NCBI GenBank assembly: GCA_963805625.1
Contig: CAWDVE010000017.1
Span: 480,001-544,000 of the forward strand
Direction: 5' to 3'
DNA: 64,000 bases
Source of the DNA: an uncultured Candidatus Rokubacteria bacterium
Lineage (GTDB): Bacteria; Methylomirabilota; Methylomirabilia; Rokubacteriales; DASRDR01
Positions 11,201 to 19,344 of this stretch are shown here, piece after piece. The translations under genes and the position numbers were made by a program. The stretch's first letter is position 1; every line of letters begins with the position of its first letter. Under the pieces are notes generated by a model. The model was not told the DNA's origin, searched no databases, and was given only the letters and a program-made list of their open reading frames with translations.

Positions 11201-12318
11201 CCGGTCTGGTCCTGCGTGCCGGCCGGGTCGGCGGTGCGCGCCATGCGGCCCACGATCATCCCGTTGGTCAGCGTGGGGTCGACGGCCTTCAGGAACGCGG
11301 CCACGCCGGCGACGATCGCCGCCGAGGAGGACGTCCCGCTGACCGCCACGTAGTCGCCGTTGAGATCCGTCGTCGCGATGCTCTCGCCGGGCGCCGCAAG
11401 AAAGGCCGCCTTCCCGTAGTTGCTGTAACCGAGCAGTGCGTCGGCCTGGTCGGTCCCCGAGACGCCGATGACGCCGCGGTCGCCAGCCGGGAAGGTGGGC
11501 GTGCCGGCAGCGTCGTTGCCGACGGCGGCCACCAGCACGGCGCCGCGCGACCACGCGTAGTCGATCGCGTCCTGGAGGTTCGGGCTGAAGCCGGGGTTGC
11601 TGAAGGCCATCAGGATGACGTCGGCCCCGTGGTCGGCGGCCCAGATGACGCCTGCGATGACATCGCTGTCGCGCCCCTCACCGTTCGCGTCGAGGACGGT
11701 CACGGGCATCAGCTGCACACCGGCGAACGCGATGCCCGCGATGCCGATGGCGTTGTCGGTGTTAGCGGCAACAATGCCGGCCACCCACGTGCCGTGCCCG
11801 TTGGAGTCGCTCAGCCCGTTGCTGCCGTCGAGGATGGACGTTCCAGGCACCACGCGGCCAGCGAGATCAGGGTGGGCGGCGTTGATGCCGCTGTCGAGGA
11901 TCGCGACCTTGGCCGTCCCGGTCGGGGCCACCGTGCCGAAAACGAGGTCCCAGCCGATCTGCGGAAGCGCCCACTGGGAGACGGCATGCTCATCGTTCGA
12001 GAGCATCTCGCTCCGGCGGACGCGGTTCTCCTCCACGTGCTGGACCTGGGGATCCGCCTCGTAGCGCGCGGTCGTGTCCGCGAGCTCGACGGTTGGCACC
12101 TGGACGACATGGAGGCGGAGCGCCGCGATCGCGCTGGTCTCGGTCCCGCCGTTGCGGGCGATGACCGCCGCCTGCTCCTCCGCGGTGAGCCCGGACACGA
12201 GCTTCACCAGGAGCGACGACGTCTCCGGTGGTGGTGTCTGAGCCGAGGCGCCCGATGGCAGGAGTCCCAGGCTCAGGACGGCGAGGGTGATCAGCACGAA
12301 CGCGGCGCGCTTCAGCAT
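8239..12318 (-). CDS. Secreted S8 subtilase with Ig-like tandem repeats and C-terminal PxKF domain
   Basis: Signal peptide MLKRAAFVL...ASA; catalytic VAILDSG, HGTWVAG and SGTSSSAA; six 88-89 aa repeats; tail FTGFFHPIDN...PIKF...YHYVWKT. Confidence 0.92.
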   Translation of the reverse strand: MLKRAAFVLITLAVLSLGLLPSGASAQTPPPETSSLLVKLVSGLTAEEQAAVIARNGGTETSAIAALRLHVVQVPTVELADTTARYEADPQVQHVEENRVRRSEMLSNDEHAVSQWALPQIGWDLVFGTVAPTGTAKVAILDSGINAAHPDLAGRVVPGTSILDGSNGLSDSNGHGTWVAGIVAANTDNAIGIAGIAFAGVQLMPVTVLDANGEGRDSDVIAGVIWAADHGADVILMAFSNPGFSPNLQDAIDYAWSRGAVLVAAVGNDAAGTPTFPAGDRGVIGVSGTDQADALLGYSNYGKAAFLAAPGESIATTDLNGDYVAVSGTSSSAAIVAGVAAFLKAVDPTLTNGMIVGRMARTADPAGTQDQTGNGRVNMARALEDTGTDEIQPAGADPIGDGGPFVGPYRAANTRTLAVTFGGTGAGEVEIKATKAPADIVNLGGCSGTGSGTATAKITATCSSISITTASGNPNYTLTATPNGSSSFVNWSFGGSGGVCGAGIVTTNPCVGTNVNNAVTVTVTFNALKLAITSVNGGANPTFGTPFSVVVQSQNSASSPTNVSVNTNVTLSVNTGTGTLGGTVTGTILAGTNSVTISGVTYSKAENGVVLTASSGSFTPGNSASFNVQKADQTITVTTAAPGTAVYNTTFNVAATASSSLSVAITTTGVCSVDSGGSNSAVIKMTSGAGTCTVHYNQAGDANYNAAPEKTSDTTAQKADQTITVTTAAPGTAVYNTTFNVAATGGGSGNAVVITATGVCSVDSGGSNSAVIKMTSGAGTCTVHYNQAGDANYNAAPEKTSDTTAQKADQTITVTTAAPGTAVYNTTFNVAATGGGSGNAVVITATGVCSVDSGGSNSAVIKMTSGTGTCTVHYNQAGNGNYNAAPEKTSDTTAQKADQTITVTTAAPGTAVYNTTFNVAATASSSLSVAITTTGVCSVDSGGSNSAVIKMTSGTGTCTVHYNQAGDANYNAAPEKTSDTTAQKADQTITVTAAAPGTAVYNTTFNVAATGGGSGNAVVITATGVCSVDSGGSNSAVIKMTSGMGTCTVHYNQAGNGNYNAAPEKTSDTTAQKADQTITVTTAAPGTAVYNTTFNVAATGGGSGNAVVITATGVCSVDSGGSNSAVIKMTSGMGTCTVHYNQAGNGNYNAAPEKTSDTTAQKADQTITFGALADKYFLDPNFVISATASSGLTVGFTSLTTPVCTVSGTTVDVLLAGYCTIRASQLGNANYNPAPNEDRTFTVTGYNFTGFFHPIDNFPTENRVKAGQAIPIKFSLSGYQGMGIFMAGYPISYSTGCNGAVDDIEVVDTPGASGLTYDPGSDQYHYVWKTDKSWGGTCRRLVVKLADGSEHVALFSFTK
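8839..10434 (-). repeat. Six near-identical intragenic tandem repeats (264/267 bp) in ABB-ABB order
   Basis: Units start with QKADQTITV and are 88,89,89,88,89,89 aa (1596 bp); a diverged seventh unit follows. Confidence 0.95.
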
Positions 12319-12350
12319 GACGGGACCTCCAGGTGAAGTTGATTCACGAC

Positions 12351-12650
12351 TCATGGCAATGACGATTTGATCGACTGCGAAGTGATGGATGCGGCGACCC
12401 CGAACCTGTCGCCGTGCGCGTCCACGCGGAGCACCTCGCCGACGCAGCTCAAGTGAAGCGGCCCGGGCTCGGAATACTCGAGGACGAGCGTGAAGCGGAT
12501 GGGCGCTCCGGCCGAATACCGCTCTTCGGTCTCGAAGTAGATACCCAATGCACTGATGTCACGCGTGAGCCCCTTCCCTTGCTCCGTCTCGACCGCGAGG
12601 CTGACCGGGTATCGCGGCATCCGCCGCCGCTCGATCCGGGCCTCTGACAT
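12351..12650 (-). CDS. Stand-alone PilZ-domain protein
   Basis: RRRMPR (RxxxR) and DISALG (DxSxxG) c-di-GMP motifs; stop lies just upstream of the S8 gene. Confidence 0.85.
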   Translation of the reverse strand: MSEARIERRRMPRYPVSLAVETEQGKGLTRDISALGIYFETEERYSAGAPIRFTLVLEYSEPGPLHLSCVGEVLRVDAHGDRFGVAASITSQSIKSSLP

Positions 12651-12800
12651 GACGTGCACTCTAGGGAATGGCGGGCGCCGGGAGAATCCCCGGAAAGGTA
12701 GGATTTTCTATATCCCGGAGATAGAGGCCCCTCGGGTTCGGCAGATCAGCCGGAAGCGGAGGGGACCGGAGGGGAGGGGCGCCGGGCGGAGCCCGGGAGG

Positions 12801-13439
12801 CTAGAGGAGCCCCTTCTCCCGGGCGTAGTGGGTCAGGGCGACGCGGCCGTCGATCCCGAGCTTCTCGTAGATGTTGTGGAGGTGGACCTTTGCGGTCCCC
12901 TCGCTGATGTGGAGCCGGTCGGCGATGGCCTGGGTGCGGAGGCCCTGAGCCGCGAGCCGGACGATCTCGATCTCGCGGGGCGTCAGGACCGAGGACACGT
13001 CGCGGAACCCCGCTTCCCGGCGGAGCATCTTGTCGAGGGCCATGGTCAGGGAGCGCCGCTCGATCCACTGCTCGCCGGCGGCCACCTTTCGGACGCACTC
13101 CACGAGCATCTGGGGCGCCATCTCCTTCAGGACGACCCCCTTGACCCCGAGGCGCACCGCCTCGAGCACGTCGTCCTCCCCAAGCGCCGCCGTCAGGAGC
13201 ACGATCCGCGTCGGGAGGCTCTCCCCCTGGAGCTCCCGGATCACCTGGAGCCCGTCCGGGGCCGGCATGCGGATGTCGAGCAGGAGAACGTCCGGCCGGT
13301 GCTGGCGGACGGCGCGGAGCGTCTCGGCGCCGTCCTGGCAGCGGGCGACGACCGCGAAGTCCTTCTGCGCGCGGAACAGCTGCTCGAGCCCGTCGAGCAC
13401 GATCGGGTGGTCGTCGGCGAGGACGAGCCTAACCGGCAC
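12801..13439 (-). CDS. NarL/FixJ-family response regulator
   Basis: LADDHPIV, LLDIRMP, GVVLK and LuxR HTH LTPREIEIV...TAKVHLHNIYEKL. Confidence 0.93.
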   Translation of the reverse strand: MPVRLVLADDHPIVLDGLEQLFRAQKDFAVVARCQDGAETLRAVRQHRPDVLLLDIRMPAPDGLQVIRELQGESLPTRIVLLTAALGEDDVLEAVRLGVKGVVLKEMAPQMLVECVRKVAAGEQWIERRSLTMALDKMLRREAGFRDVSSVLTPREIEIVRLAAQGLRTQAIADRLHISEGTAKVHLHNIYEKLGIDGRVALTHYAREKGLL

Positions 13440-15138
13440 GGCGAGCTCCCAGGCGCTCGAGAGGCAGGACGATCTCCAGGCGGACGCCCTGCTCGCTTGA
13501 GTCGACCGTGAGGGACCCGCCGAGCCCGTCGACGCGGGACCAGAGGGTGACCGGCCCCGCTCCGGGAGCCGCGAGTGCGGCGTGATCGCGGCGGCCGTGG
13601 AACGAAAGGCCGCGGCCGTCGTCCACGACCAGGAGGCGCACGCGGCCTTCCCGCGCCTCGGCGCGCACGTCGACCGTCTTCGCCCTGCCGTGGCGGGCCG
13701 CATTGACCAGGGCCTCCTGAACCATGAACTGGACGGCCCGGGCGAGCTCCCGCGGAAGCCGGGCCAGCCCGGGGTCCGCCTCGAGGGTGACCCGGAGTCC
13801 CCACTGCCGCTCGACCCGGCGGCACAGCTCCTCGAGCCGCCCGGCCAGCGTAGTCTCCGGGGGTGCGGCGCCCGCAGGGGCCGGCTTGAGGTCCCGGAGA
13901 AGCGTGCGGAGGTCGCGCTGCTCGGCGGAGAGGAGGCGCTGGACGTCGCGGAGGCGCCCGGCGGCATCCGCCTGGTCGGTGGCGATGAGGCCCCGGGCCA
14001 CCTCGATCTGGAGCCCCGCCGCGGTCAGCGCCTGGAGGAGACCGTCGTGGAGGTCGCGGGCCAGCCCGATCCTTGCGTCCGTCTCCGACGCCTCCCCGAG
14101 CCGCTCCATCAAGCGGAACTGCTCCATACGCGCCGTCACCTGGCGCGCCACCACCTCCCCAAGGATGAGGTCGTCGGAGGTCGGCGAGCGCTTGTCCAGG
14201 ACGAAGAGCCAGCCCCGGACGACCTCGCCGCGCAGGGGCAGCGCCACCACGGAACGGATGCCGAATCGGGCGCACAGGTCGGCGTGGAGCGGGGTGCCCG
14301 TCCAGGAGCCCGACTGACCCCGCGCGACCTGGAAGACGCGGGGAGCCGGCGCCGTGGCGTCGCCGCAGAGGAAGTCCGCGCCCTGGAGCGGCGGGGCCAC
14401 CAGTGGCTCGAAGATGCCCGGCGCCTCCCGGGTCCACTGGAGGCCGTCGGGCGACCACGCCGCGACGTGCCGCCATGGCTCCTCGGGGTCATCCCACACG
14501 AGGAGAGTTCGGGGTGCCTCCATCGTGCTGGCGGCCTGGGTCAGGGCCTCCCCGATCAGCGCAGCGCCCTCGTGGGGGACGACGGCCGGCCATGCAGCCA
14601 GTCGGGCAATCTCCCCGCGGAGCCGGCGCTCGTAGGCGCCCAGATACCCGATGAGCACGGCGACCACCGCCAGGTAAACGCTCCGGACGATGAAGTGGTT
14701 CAGCTCGAAGCGCGGATCTCGCTCGATCTCGCCCGCATGGAACCCCATCGCCAGGAAGAGGACCACCGCCGCTAGGGCCGTCCACAGGGTGCCCGGCCCG
14801 CCCCAGCGGAGCGTGGCCGCCACGATGGCGAAAACGAAGAGCGCGAAGAAGGGGCTCGTCGGCCCCTCGGTGAGGTACATGACCAGGGTGAAGACCGCGA
14901 GGTCGAAGGCGTGGGTGGCCAGCCGCAGGCGAATCGCCGCCGGGTCGGCGAGCCACGTCGCCGCGGCCATGATCGCGGCGTAGACGACGTAGACCGTCAG
15001 GACGAGGGAGGCCGCCCGAGCGTCCTTGATGGGCGCGGTCGGGTCGAGCCAGAGCGCCAGGAGGGCGGACGCGGCCAGCACGACGCGCCCAGCGGCGATG
15101 AGCCGCTCCGCCCGGCCCTGGGGGGAATACTGGATCAC
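13429..15138 (-). CDS. Membrane sensor histidine kinase (HisKA_3 type)
   Basis: N-terminal TM helices, ARDLHDGLLQ H-box, QEALVNAARH N-box and DDGRG; overlaps the regulator. Confidence 0.92.
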   Translation of the reverse strand: MIQYSPQGRAERLIAAGRVVLAASALLALWLDPTAPIKDARAASLVLTVYVVYAAIMAAATWLADPAAIRLRLATHAFDLAVFTLVMYLTEGPTSPFFALFVFAIVAATLRWGGPGTLWTALAAVVLFLAMGFHAGEIERDPRFELNHFIVRSVYLAVVAVLIGYLGAYERRLRGEIARLAAWPAVVPHEGAALIGEALTQAASTMEAPRTLLVWDDPEEPWRHVAAWSPDGLQWTREAPGIFEPLVAPPLQGADFLCGDATAPAPRVFQVARGQSGSWTGTPLHADLCARFGIRSVVALPLRGEVVRGWLFVLDKRSPTSDDLILGEVVARQVTARMEQFRLMERLGEASETDARIGLARDLHDGLLQALTAAGLQIEVARGLIATDQADAAGRLRDVQRLLSAEQRDLRTLLRDLKPAPAGAAPPETTLAGRLEELCRRVERQWGLRVTLEADPGLARLPRELARAVQFMVQEALVNAARHGRAKTVDVRAEAREGRVRLLVVDDGRGLSFHGRRDHAALAAPGAGPVTLWSRVDGLGGSLTVDSSEQGVRLEIVLPLERLGARRAG

Positions 15139-15262
15139 GCGTCACCTCCGCCGTGCTGCAGGACGGCCTTCGCCCACCGACGCACGCGGTCGATGGCGGA
15201 CCGATTATCGCCGAGACCGAGCCCTGTCTCGAAGAAGCGCGTTGGGAACGACCCCGCGCAGT

Positions 15263-15328
15263 GTCCTCGAGCGAGACGGTCCGGGCTCCAGACTCCTTCG
15301 ACCGCCGGACGTAGCCGACGGCGATCAT
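15263..15328 (-). pseudogene. Serine recombinase N-terminal stub
   Basis: MIAVGYVRRSKESGARTVSLED (GYxRxS catalytic start), then loss of similarity. Confidence 0.55.
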
Positions 15329-15488
15329 GGGCGCCGGCCCTGCGCACGAGCCTGTGCCCGCAGGCGAGCCTCGGCTACGACCTCCAGGCCACGGCCCAGC
15401 TCAAGACATTCGACTGAGCGGGTACGTGCGAGCCGTCCGCTCTGCTCCCTATCCCTACGCGCGGCGTCCGGCCGGCCGCCGGACCGCG

Positions 15489-17411
15489 TCAGTGGGCATA
15501 GGTCACGCGGATGACCTCGTCGACCGTGATGATTCCTGCCGCCACCTTGCGCAGCCCTGCGTCGCGCAGGGTTCGCATCCCCTGCGCGATCGCGATGTCC
15601 CTGATGTCGCGCGCCGACCGGCGCTGGACGACCGCCTCCTGGACCTCGGGAGTGATCTCGAGGAACTCGGCCACGACGGTGCGGCCCCGGTACCCAGTCC
15701 CGGCGCAGTTCGAGCACCCCCGGCCGGCCTGGAGCTTGAGCTTGGCCGCTTCCTCGGGCTTGAATCCGATGTCCAGCAGGGCCCCCATGGACACGGTCGT
15801 CGTGTCCCGGCACTCGAGGCAGATCTTCCGGCACAGGCGCTGGGCGACCACGAGGAGCAGGCACGAGGAGACGAGGAACGGCGCGACGTCCATGTCGAGC
15901 AGCCGAGTCACCGTGCTCGGCGCGTCGTTGGTGTGGAGCGTCGAGAACACGAGATGCCCGGTCAGGGCGGCGCGAATGGCGATCTGCGCCGTCTCGGTGT
16001 CCCGCATCTCGCCCACCAGGATCACGTCCGGATCCTGCCGGAGAAACGAGCGCAGCGCGGTCGTGAACGACAGGCCGATGTCCTCCCGCACGTGCACCTG
16101 CTTGATCCGCGGCAGCTTGTACTCGACGGGATCCTCGGCCGTCAGGATGTTGATCTCCGGCGAGTTGATGGTGGACACGGCCGCGTACAGGGTGGTGGAC
16201 TTGCCGCTTCCCGTCGGCCCGGTGACGAGGATCATGCCGTGGGGTGCGCGGATGAGGCGCCGGAGGCGGTCGAGGTCGTCGTCCTCGAACCCGAGCCGGA
16301 CCAGGTCCAGGACGACTCGCGACTTGTCGAGGATCCGCAGGACGATGCTCTCGCCGAAGATCGTGGGCAGGGACGAGACGCGCAGGTCGATCTCGCCGTG
16401 CGCGAGCCGCACCGTGATCCGGCCGTCCTGCGGCAGGCGCCGCTCTGCGATGTCCATCCTGGACATGACCTTGACTCGCGAGAGGATGGCCGGCTCCATC
16501 TGCTTCGGGGGCTGGATGGCGTCGTGCAGCACGCCGTCGATGCGGTACCGGACGTTGAAGGTATCCTCGCCCGGCTCTAGGTGGATGTCCGAGGCGTGTT
16601 TGCCGATCGCGTCGGCGAGGATCAGGTTCACGAGCCGGATGACCGGCGCCTGCTTGGCTCCCTCCTCGAGCTCCGTGATGTCGACCTTCCGGGCCCACTC
16701 AATCACCTGGATGGAGTCGGCGTCCGGCCGCTGGTCGACCTTGAACAGGGCGTCGATCTTGGCCTGGTAGTCGATGTGGTAGTGTTTGCTGAGGCTCGCG
16801 CGGATCGCGGCGGTCGGGGCCAGCACGGGGACTACCCGCAGACCGGTGGCGAACTGGATGTCGTCAATGGCGGACAGGCTGGTCGGATCAGACAGAGCGA
16901 GCGTCAGGGTGTCGTCGACCCGGCGGACGGGGAACACGTGGTACCGCTGCGCGATCTCGCGCCGGACGAGCGTCAGGGTCTCCTCCGGGATGTCAAGCGC
17001 CTCGAGGTTGACGATCGGGATGCCGTACCGGTGGCTGAGCCAGGAGAACAGTTGATTCTCGTTGAGGAACCCGAGCCGGGTGAGCACGGGCCCCACACCC
17101 TCCCCGGTTTTCCGCTGTTCCACGGCCGCCTGCTGGGCCTGCTCCGTCGTGAGCGTGCCCTCCGCGACCAGAATCTCCAAGAGCCGTGGTACCCCGGTCG
17201 CCAGGCGCCGCCATTCGCGTGCCTCTCGCACGTCCGATCCCGCTACCAGCGTCTCGTTGGCTATGCCGTCGCCCCGCGATGCCGTGTCCACGGGCGCTCT
17301 GGCGGCTCCGGCCCGCCGCTCACGTAGCATCCTCCGGACCAATACAACCGCCAGGCCCAGCGTGGCCAGGAAGGCCGTGATGAGGACGAAGGTTAGGAGA
17401 TATGGGTCCAT
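15489..17411 (-). CDS. pilB: PilB/GspE-family assembly ATPase with predicted N-terminal TM segment
   Basis: ASDIHLEP, ERRLPQDGR, GPTGSGKST, LRQDPDVILVGEMRD, LTGHLVFSTLHTN and CxxC...CxxC zinc motif. Confidence 0.9.
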   Translation of the reverse strand: MDPYLLTFVLITAFLATLGLAVVLVRRMLRERRAGAARAPVDTASRGDGIANETLVAGSDVREAREWRRLATGVPRLLEILVAEGTLTTEQAQQAAVEQRKTGEGVGPVLTRLGFLNENQLFSWLSHRYGIPIVNLEALDIPEETLTLVRREIAQRYHVFPVRRVDDTLTLALSDPTSLSAIDDIQFATGLRVVPVLAPTAAIRASLSKHYHIDYQAKIDALFKVDQRPDADSIQVIEWARKVDITELEEGAKQAPVIRLVNLILADAIGKHASDIHLEPGEDTFNVRYRIDGVLHDAIQPPKQMEPAILSRVKVMSRMDIAERRLPQDGRITVRLAHGEIDLRVSSLPTIFGESIVLRILDKSRVVLDLVRLGFEDDDLDRLRRLIRAPHGMILVTGPTGSGKSTTLYAAVSTINSPEINILTAEDPVEYKLPRIKQVHVREDIGLSFTTALRSFLRQDPDVILVGEMRDTETAQIAIRAALTGHLVFSTLHTNDAPSTVTRLLDMDVAPFLVSSCLLLVVAQRLCRKICLECRDTTTVSMGALLDIGFKPEEAAKLKLQAGRGCSNCAGTGYRGRTVVAEFLEITPEVQEAVVQRRSARDIRDIAIAQGMRTLRDAGLRKVAAGIITVDEVIRVTYAH

Positions 17412-17573
17412 CTGTCGGGTGTCACCTATCGGACGCCGAGCGCCAAAGCCATCTCGCCGACCCTCCGCGCGAACTTCCGTGCACGCGTCTCAGAGGCTGT
17501 GGCTGTGGCCATGCACATATCGTACCCGTCTCGAACCCGCCGCAACCCGATGCCTACCCTGTCAAGTTTCCCC

Positions 17574-17618
17574 TTATTCGGGCGAATTCGGGTCTCATTA
17601 TTCGGGCGAATTCGGGTC
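17574..17618. promoter_or_regulatory. Perfect 21-bp direct repeat (24-bp period) in the divergent pilB/pilin promoter
   Basis: TTATTCGGGCGAATTCGGGTC at 17574 and 17598, containing four ATTCGGG heptamers. Confidence 0.6.
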
Positions 17619-17774
17619 GCCATTTCCGACGGCCTAGAGATGTGCATCCTCTTTAGGGAATTAGCTGCAAGCAGCCATGGAGTGGTTAAAGACCAGTTCA
17701 CTGGCGCGACTACTGCACTGACGCCGAGTTCGGGGGCCTCGCTTATTGCGGGCACCCTCGAGGAGAGTCAGACC

Positions 17775-18263
17775 ATGGAATTGCTCAGCGACCGGCGGTG
17801 GATTGGCGGAACGCGTACTGCCACCGGTACCGCCGGCGATGCAGGGGTGACTCTCGTCGAGCTGATGATGGTGCTCGCCCTCCTCGCCCTCCTCGGCTTC
17901 GCATCGATGCTCGCCCTTGGCAACGTCCGGGAGATCACACGCACGAAGGGAGCCGCCGAGCAGGTGGCGAGCGCGATCCAGCAGACCCGCTCCTACGCTG
18001 TGATGCACACGGCCTCGTACGAAGTCACCTTCCCCGGCAACAACCAGATCACGATCGCGTGCGTGGCCAACTGCAGCGTAAGCCCACCGGGCGACGGACC
18101 GACCCCCGTTGTGCACGAGCTGACCGTCACTCCCCCGGGAACGCCGATCCGGTTCACCTCCACCGGCGCCTCGAACGGCGGCTCGATCGTCGTCAATCCC
18201 GGAACCGATCAGAAGACCGTCTCGGTCACGCTGGCCGGTCGGGTCGACATCACCCCGCCATAG
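17775..18263 (+). CDS. Minor pilin/pseudopilin, FimT/GspH-like
   Basis: Class III signal G|VTLVELMMVLALLALLG with E5; C-terminal IRFTSTG...LAGRV; GGAG RBS. Confidence 0.85.
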   Translation: MELLSDRRWIGGTRTATGTAGDAGVTLVELMMVLALLALLGFASMLALGNVREITRTKGAAEQVASAIQQTRSYAVMHTASYEVTFPGNNQITIACVANCSVSPPGDGPTPVVHELTVTPPGTPIRFTSTGASNGGSIVVNPGTDQKTVSVTLAGRVDITPP

Positions 18264-18274
18264 GAAGCACCGCG

Positions 18275-18667
18275 GTGCAGGGCCTTCGGAACCGGTCAGG
18301 GCTGACCCTCGTCGAGGTGCTCCTCGCCGTCATGCTGATCGGGGTCGCCCTCATCGCGCTGGCCGCCGCCTTCCCGCCCGCCTTCTACGCCGTCCACGGC
18401 GGACGCCATCTCACCACGGCCGCCGCGCTCGACCAGGAGGTCATCGAGGGCGCCAAGCGGCTCGCGTTCACCGCCGTGACCGCCACGAACCTGGCCACCC
18501 TTTATCCCTCGCCGCCGACCGGGTATGCGGGCTACACGCGGGTGATCCAGGTCGACGACATCGTCGAGGGTGGAGCCGTGGTCATGAAGCGGGTGACCGT
18601 GCGGACGACGTACACGCTGTATGGCGGCCAGTCGAACGTGTCGATGGTGACGCTCATTGCGCGCTGA
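18275..18667 (+). CDS. Minor pilin, PilV/GspI-like
   Basis: G|LTLVEVLLAVMLIG prepilin motif. Confidence 0.85.
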   Translation: MQGLRNRSGLTLVEVLLAVMLIGVALIALAAAFPPAFYAVHGGRHLTTAAALDQEVIEGAKRLAFTAVTATNLATLYPSPPTGYAGYTRVIQVDDIVEGGAVVMKRVTVRTTYTLYGGQSNVSMVTLIAR

Positions 18668-19319
18668 GCGGCCCACGGACCGGGGCCTCTCCCCGCGCGG
18701 CACGGGACGCGGGCAGGCCGGCACCACGCTGCCCGAGCTCCTGATCACGCTGGTTGTGTTCAGCATCGTCATGCTCGTGGTCATCGTCCTGTGGCAGCAG
18801 AGCCAGCAGGCCTACTTCCACGGCGCGACGGCCGCCGAGCTCCAGCAGAACGCCCGGGTTGCGCTCGAGCAGATGACCCGCGAGGTGCGGCAGGCCGGCT
18901 ACGATCCCTGTCGATACATGAGCACGACCTGCGGCACCACGAGCGCCTTCGATCCGGTCGTCGCGGGCGTGTTTCCCATCCAGGCGTTCAACGCGACGAG
19001 CCTCTGGGTGCGCGCGGACCGGAACCGGAACGGTGACGTGACGCCGGGGGTGGGGAACCCTGACGAAAACATATGCTTTCGCCTGGCCGGCGGCCAGATT
19101 CTGCGGAAGACCACGGGTGTGGACTGCACCTCCGGCGGCGTCGAGCTCGCCCGGAACATCAACGCGCTGACCCTCACCTATTTCAAGGCGAACGGAACTG
19201 CCGCCACCGTCTGGTCCGACATCCGGATGGTCCGGATCAGCATCTCCGCGCAGGAGATGTTCATGGGCGCGCCCGTGACCGTGACGCTGCGCTCGGATGT
19301 ACGCCTCCGCGACCGATAG
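18657..19319 (+). CDS. Minor pilin, PilW/GspJ-like
   Basis: G|TTLPELLITLVVFSIV and QQNARVALEQMTREVRQAGY. Confidence 0.85.
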   Translation: MRAERPTDRGLSPRGTGRGQAGTTLPELLITLVVFSIVMLVVIVLWQQSQQAYFHGATAAELQQNARVALEQMTREVRQAGYDPCRYMSTTCGTTSAFDPVVAGVFPIQAFNATSLWVRADRNRNGDVTPGVGNPDENICFRLAGGQILRKTTGVDCTSGGVELARNINALTLTYFKANGTAATVWSDIRMVRISISAQEMFMGAPVTVTLRSDVRLRDR

Positions 19320-19344
19320 CCAAACCGGAACAGGGGAGACTGCG

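Noticed and set aside
17574-17618. 21-bp direct repeat as a mini-CRISPR
   Set aside because: Only two copies separated by 3 bp.
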